From the NCBI GenBank assembly GCA_018396535.1, contig JAGTQC010000001.1, forward strand, positions 192,001-256,000: DNA of 64,000 bases, written 5' to 3'. Each line of letters opens with the position of its first letter. Within the stretch, counting starts at the first letter, position 1. Source of the DNA: Candidatus Bathyarchaeota archaeon (GTDB lineage Archaea > Thermoproteota > CALKCG01 > B24 > DRYS01). The translations under genes were made by a program, and so were the position numbers. The notes below the pieces were generated by a model, which saw nothing but the letters and a program-made list of their open reading frames with translations, searched no databases and had not been told where the DNA came from. Shown in pieces: positions 59,907-64,000 of this stretch.

Positions 59907-60371
59907 CTAAAGTTTAACTTTAAACTCTTTAGTTAGAGGTATATTTTTAACATAACGTGTACTAGCCAGTATATGTATGTATATCGTGAATTCGTTTAAT
60001 GCTATATACCTAGATAATCCTCTACTAACTATTCTGAATTTCTCTGTTATATTCGAGTTTGGAGATAAAGTTAGTTGTTTCAGTTCGTATTCCTTATATA
60101 ATCCGCCTAGATATACACCATACCTTTCTAGTGTTACACCTAGCCTCATTATATGTATGTATTCATCTGAGGTGTTGATAATATTTACTGATATCTCTAA
60201 GGTATCTTCATCTTCTATATTTAATTTTCGTATTTCAAATACTATATTTATTATATCTTTAACCTCTACTCCATAGTTAACAGTAATATAGTAAAGCTTG
60301 ATAGCTGACCAGCTAGATATAAAAATGAAGAGTACTGCTATTAAGAGTTTCAGAATAGATCTAGGTTTCAA
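59907..60371 (-). CDS. Hypothetical protein with N-terminal TM (LEA-2-like beta domain possible)
   Basis: 154-aa ORF, AT-rich, one TM. Confidence 0.6.
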   Translation of the reverse strand: MKPRSILKLLIAVLFIFISSWSAIKLYYITVNYGVEVKDIINIVFEIRKLNIEDEDTLEISVNIINTSDEYIHIMRLGVTLERYGVYLGGLYKEYELKQLTLSPNSNITEKFRIVSRGLSRYIALNEFTIYIHILASTRYVKNIPLTKEFKVKL

Positions 60372-60426
60372 ACAGCTTCGAATATCATCCTAACTTTTAA
60401 ACTTATATATTTATCGTATATATTTA

Positions 60427-60828
60427 GTGATCTATAAAGGTATGAATAGGTTTAAGGAGACTATATATCTTACCACTCTATCTATTCTAGCCTCTATACC
60501 AATAACGCTTAGACTAGTAGAATTATACCTAGGTTTATCTAGCCTAGTTTCCTGCATTATAACGGTTACACTTCTATACCTTCTTCTAGGCGCCTTGATA
60601 AGAGATATCAAGCATACATTACTATGCCTAATTGTGTCTATACTTCTACCCCTTCCGATAGGGGCTGCGATCCTCACGTATCAGCTGGTAATCTTAACTT
60701 TACCTCTATACGATACTTACATATTCATGCTCTACACATTTGTATCGAAATTCATCGTAATAATCATACTGGTATTCGTACCACTAGCTATATTGTCCAG
60801 CATGTTGGGGGGTAGCATTATACGATAG
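60427..60828 (+). CDS. Hypothetical 4-TM membrane protein
   Basis: 133-aa hydrophobic ORF. Confidence 0.6.
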   Translation: MIYKGMNRFKETIYLTTLSILASIPITLRLVELYLGLSSLVSCIITVTLLYLLLGALIRDIKHTLLCLIVSILLPLPIGAAILTYQLVILTLPLYDTYIFMLYTFVSKFIVIIILVFVPLAILSSMLGGSIIR

Positions 60829-60869
60829 GTTTATCGGAGAATAAAAAAAGAAATGATAGGGGGTTAAAG

Positions 60870-63233
60870 CTACCTCGAAGGTTTTCTTAAGAGCGAGACG
60901 ATAGATACGACTAACGTTATCACGACAACGGCTATAACTGCATAGGATATCGTCGATATCGCTACGAGATCTCCTCTTAGAGCAGATATATCGGCTCTAA
61001 GCCCTGCTATATCTGTCGATGTAGCAAGCCCTGCCACCTTATCAGATAGGGTTGCTATGGCAGTCTTCAAATCTCCGATAGACTTGGATAGAGCTTTCAC
61101 ATCGTCAGATAACGTCGTTAGCTTAGCCGATATTGTTTCTAGCCTATCTAGTATCTCTTCTATCTCCGGTATCGTAACAGGGGTTATAGGAGTATATGTG
61201 CCTATAACTGTTGTTATTACACCCTCCTTAACTTCGACTATCTCTGGGGATGGCGCGATATATCCTTCTATAGGCTTAAACTCTATCAGATACCTACCTA
61301 CAACAACCTCTTTTACTACAGGTGCTATACCCCAAGATTCTCCATTAACGATTACCTCAGCTTTAACCGGTGTTGTATCTATAGTTAATATACCCTTCTT
61401 TATCGCTAATACAGCTGCTAGATCCTCGAATATCTTTGTAGTAGGTATGCGTAGATTGTAAATCCATGATGGAACGGTGGGGGTCTCCCCTGCCTTAGCT
61501 AGACAGAATATGACTGGTAGGTTATCTGGATAGTTCCACGGATATGGTGACAGCCATCTTGGATCCTCTTCGCAAGGCCATCCAACCCATCGATCGGTTC
61601 TGAACTCATACCAAGCTGCACCGTAGAATAACGGGATAGCTGGAATATCCTTCAGGAATATCTCCTGCAATTTACTATAGATCCCTTTAAGCTTTACAGG
61701 ATCGGTTTCCTTAGCTGCAGCATCTATAAGCGATATGACCTCCCAGTTTATATAACGCTCCCAGTTTCCTGCTGGATAATCTTCGCCAACTGGTCCTGTG
61801 AGTCTTGGATCCATTATCCATCTGAAGGCGTTCCATGGATGATCGAATCCCATACCTCCATCCCATGAGATAACTAGATCGAACTGACCCTTAATTAAGC
61901 GATCCCACCAAACCGAGAAGTCTGGGAAGTATGTTGTACAATCTATACCTATAGATTGTAGGTTTGTCGCTATCATATCGCACATCATCATCCAATCAGT
62001 CCAACCGTAGGGAACGCTTATGGTGAACGGGCCGAGCTTAGTTCCATCAGGCATCTCCCTTATTCCATCACCATTTCTATCGATTATACCAGCTTCATCT
62101 AGGATCCTCTTGGCTTCAGCTAGATTATATTCGAACCCATACTTCTTAACTAATTCTTCATCTATCCATTTAGCGTAGGCGGGGATCGTATGTATTATCG
62201 GGACTGGCGCTGCTCTAACACTATAGTTGAAGTATGCTTTAGATACTAGTTCATCATACGGTATCGCATAAGCTATAGCTTTACGTATAGCTACAACTGT
62301 TAACGGATACTTCGCATAGTTGATGTAGAGATTTACTATACCTGAACCTATATAGTATGGCGGGTTAGCGTAGTATGTTCTAACTGGCAGACCTTTAACC
62401 TTCCACATATCGTAGATCGCTGCGAAGAAGTGTCCAGCTGCATCCATTACACCTTCTTCGAATCCGAGAGCGGCGGCTACATTATCCCTGAAAACCTTAT
62501 GTGCTATATACTTAGGTCTAGGTAGGCCGAAGATATCTTTACCCCACCAGTTATCGACTCTTTCATAGTACCAGATATCTTCACTCCATGTTAAAAGCCT
62601 GTATGGCCCCCCACCGATTATCTTAGCGGGATCGTCATCCCTAAACTCTGTTACGATCTTCATACCCAACGTCTTCTCAAGCGGCTCCCACCTATGTTTA
62701 GGTAGTATTATACCGCTATTCGAGCCGTGAAGTAATCCTACAAGCTGGAAGTAGTTCAACTTCTCCTCGCTAGTGATGAATCTTACAGTTTTACTATCTA
62801 CGGCTACAACCTTCTCCAAGTAATCCCATACAGGTGATAGCCATCCTATAACATACTTCTTACCAAGCTCGAACGTGAATACTACATCGTCTGCTGTTAT
62901 TGGGGTGCCATCCCACCATTTGGCTTCAGGTCTGATTTTAACTTCTAGAGTATATTTATCGATCCATCTATAGCCTTCCGCTAGGTATGGAATCCAAACA
63001 TCGTCACGTGTGCTATAGAAGAATAGTGATGGGTACATCATGAATGTACCCCAAGCTGTGGATGGCAGTAATGGATTCCAACCTGGAGGCGGACCCCATG
63101 CATCTGAGATTATGAGAGTCTCCTCTCTAGGTATCTGTTGAGCTACGTTGATGCTAGAATAGCTGGCTATTGACAGAAGGAATAGTAGAATGGCGAGTAG
63201 CGCTAAACCTGATTTCATCTTGCATGTTTTCAA
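60870..63233 (-). CDS. ABC transporter substrate-binding protein (family 5, Dpp/Opp; oligosaccharide-binding-like) with PEGA-like domain, coiled-coil stalk and C-terminal TM
   Basis: PYLAE, KWWDGTPITADDVVFTF, GGGPY, VPYGWTDW, PAIPLFY; LTIDTTPV.AEV.VNG PEGA pattern; heptads; TM + RK tail. Confidence 0.92.
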   Translation of the reverse strand: MKTCKMKSGLALLAILLFLLSIASYSSINVAQQIPREETLIISDAWGPPPGWNPLLPSTAWGTFMMYPSLFFYSTRDDVWIPYLAEGYRWIDKYTLEVKIRPEAKWWDGTPITADDVVFTFELGKKYVIGWLSPVWDYLEKVVAVDSKTVRFITSEEKLNYFQLVGLLHGSNSGIILPKHRWEPLEKTLGMKIVTEFRDDDPAKIIGGGPYRLLTWSEDIWYYERVDNWWGKDIFGLPRPKYIAHKVFRDNVAAALGFEEGVMDAAGHFFAAIYDMWKVKGLPVRTYYANPPYYIGSGIVNLYINYAKYPLTVVAIRKAIAYAIPYDELVSKAYFNYSVRAAPVPIIHTIPAYAKWIDEELVKKYGFEYNLAEAKRILDEAGIIDRNGDGIREMPDGTKLGPFTISVPYGWTDWMMMCDMIATNLQSIGIDCTTYFPDFSVWWDRLIKGQFDLVISWDGGMGFDHPWNAFRWIMDPRLTGPVGEDYPAGNWERYINWEVISLIDAAAKETDPVKLKGIYSKLQEIFLKDIPAIPLFYGAAWYEFRTDRWVGWPCEEDPRWLSPYPWNYPDNLPVIFCLAKAGETPTVPSWIYNLRIPTTKIFEDLAAVLAIKKGILTIDTTPVKAEVIVNGESWGIAPVVKEVVVGRYLIEFKPIEGYIAPSPEIVEVKEGVITTVIGTYTPITPVTIPEIEEILDRLETISAKLTTLSDDVKALSKSIGDLKTAIATLSDKVAGLATSTDIAGLRADISALRGDLVAISTISYAVIAVVVITLVVSIVSLLRKPSR

Positions 63234-63340
63234 GAATTTCCCCGATTAAGATTGTAGGATTGCTAACCTATATAAATATTTAGTTCTATAGTAATAATCA
63301 TAACTACCATTAATTACGTAGTATAAGTTTAGAAGTGGTG

Positions 63341-64000
63341 TTAGAATCCACTCCATTTACGATATAGCAGAGGTACATCTTCTCTAAGCTTTCTAGTGTA
63401 TGGGTGCTGCGGATTTTCCATAACCTCTTCTGGAGAACCTTCTTCTACTATCTCCCCTCTATACATGATCATTATCCTATCACTCACATAGTATGCTAAC
63501 CCTAGATCATGTGTTATGAAGATGACAGATGTTCCATACTCATCTCTTAATCTAGAAAATAGGTTTAATACTCCTGCACGTGTAGATGCATCTATCATAC
63601 TTACAGGTTCATCTGCTAATATCAATCTAGGTTTTAGAAGATAGCATCTAGCCACCATTATCCTCTGTCTTTGCCCACCGCTAAGTTCATGAGGATAGCG
63701 ACCGAGTACTTCATCAGGTCTGAGGCCAACCTCTTTCAGAGCTTCTCTTATCAAGCTTTCTCTATCAGCTCCGATATCACCTATAAGGTTGAATACCTGG
63801 TTTAAGACTCTATCTATCCTGTATAGTGGGTTGTAGGATGCGAAAGGATCTTGGAATATACCGTGAACCTGCCGCCAGTACCACTTTAAATCTTCCATCT
63901 TTTTGAGAGACCATACGTCTCTTCCTTGAAATCTTATCGATCCCGAGGTAGGCTTTAATAATCTGAGTATCATTCTAGCTGTAGTAGTTTTACCAGATCC
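63341..64000 (-). CDS. Dpp/Opp-type ABC transporter ATP-binding protein (5' end outside the window)
   Basis: GSGKTT at the window edge, FQDP, LSGGQRQR, ADEP, ITHD, HPYT. Confidence 0.95.
   Translation of the reverse strand, partial: GSGKTTTARMILRLLKPTSGSIRFQGRDVWSLKKMEDLKWYWRQVHGIFQDPFASYNPLYRIDRVLNQVFNLIGDIGADRESLIREALKEVGLRPDEVLGRYPHELSGGQRQRIMVARCYLLKPRLILADEPVSMIDASTRAGVLNLFSRLRDEYGTSVIFITHDLGLAYYVSDRIMIMYRGEIVEEGSPEEVMENPQHPYTRKLREDVPLLYRKWSGF

Noticed and set aside
1507-61461. Numerous 60-190 aa ORFs antisense to or nested in well-supported genes (e.g. 18595-19173, 46436-46939, 50247-50708, 57080-57532)
   Set aside because: Shadow ORFs rich in Ser/Ile/Leu with no motifs
1-64000. CRISPR array, rRNA, integrase or transposase
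   Set aside because: No regularly spaced repeats, long GC-rich structural RNA or recombinase motifs seen by eye

Overview
Archaeal chromosomal segment, roughly 40% GC by eye. Archaeal-type aRF1, a GPN-loop GTPase, fused ADP-forming acetate-CoA ligase, a JAMM protease, HEPN/MNT, TATA/BRE promoters and GC-rich intron-less tRNAs support the domain call. The gene repertoire suggests a heterotrophic TACK lineage such as Bathyarchaeia (inference). The window has about 60 CDSs: housekeeping genes (cysS, ppa, prf1, NAD kinase), peptide and glycan catabolism (M19, M20, M55 peptidases, chitobiose deacetylase, GH35, DUF4038, esterases, oligosaccharide/peptide ABC transporter), surface proteins and metal transporters. 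It also has three tRNAs (Ser-UGA, Arg-UCU, Ser-GCU) and several decayed gene scraps in intergenic gaps. The best candidate for an undescribed system is a fluoride (crcB-motif) riboswitch at 24945-25003. It has a visible SD-sequestering expression platform and heads a two-gene unit of apparently soluble proteins (prenyltransferase-repeat/COG1689-like plus an unknown) with no fluoride exporter. Other oddities: tRNA-Arg(UCU) with C instead of the near-invariant U33, whose 5' end also contains the stop codon of the upstream CDF gene; a GTPase very similar to eukaryotic GTPBP1/2; an adhesin with CnaB-type isopeptide triads and an exact 159-bp internal repeat; and apparent strong enrichment of CTAG. 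No CRISPR array, rRNA, integrase or transposase was seen. All family assignments come from motif recognition by eye, not from database searches.
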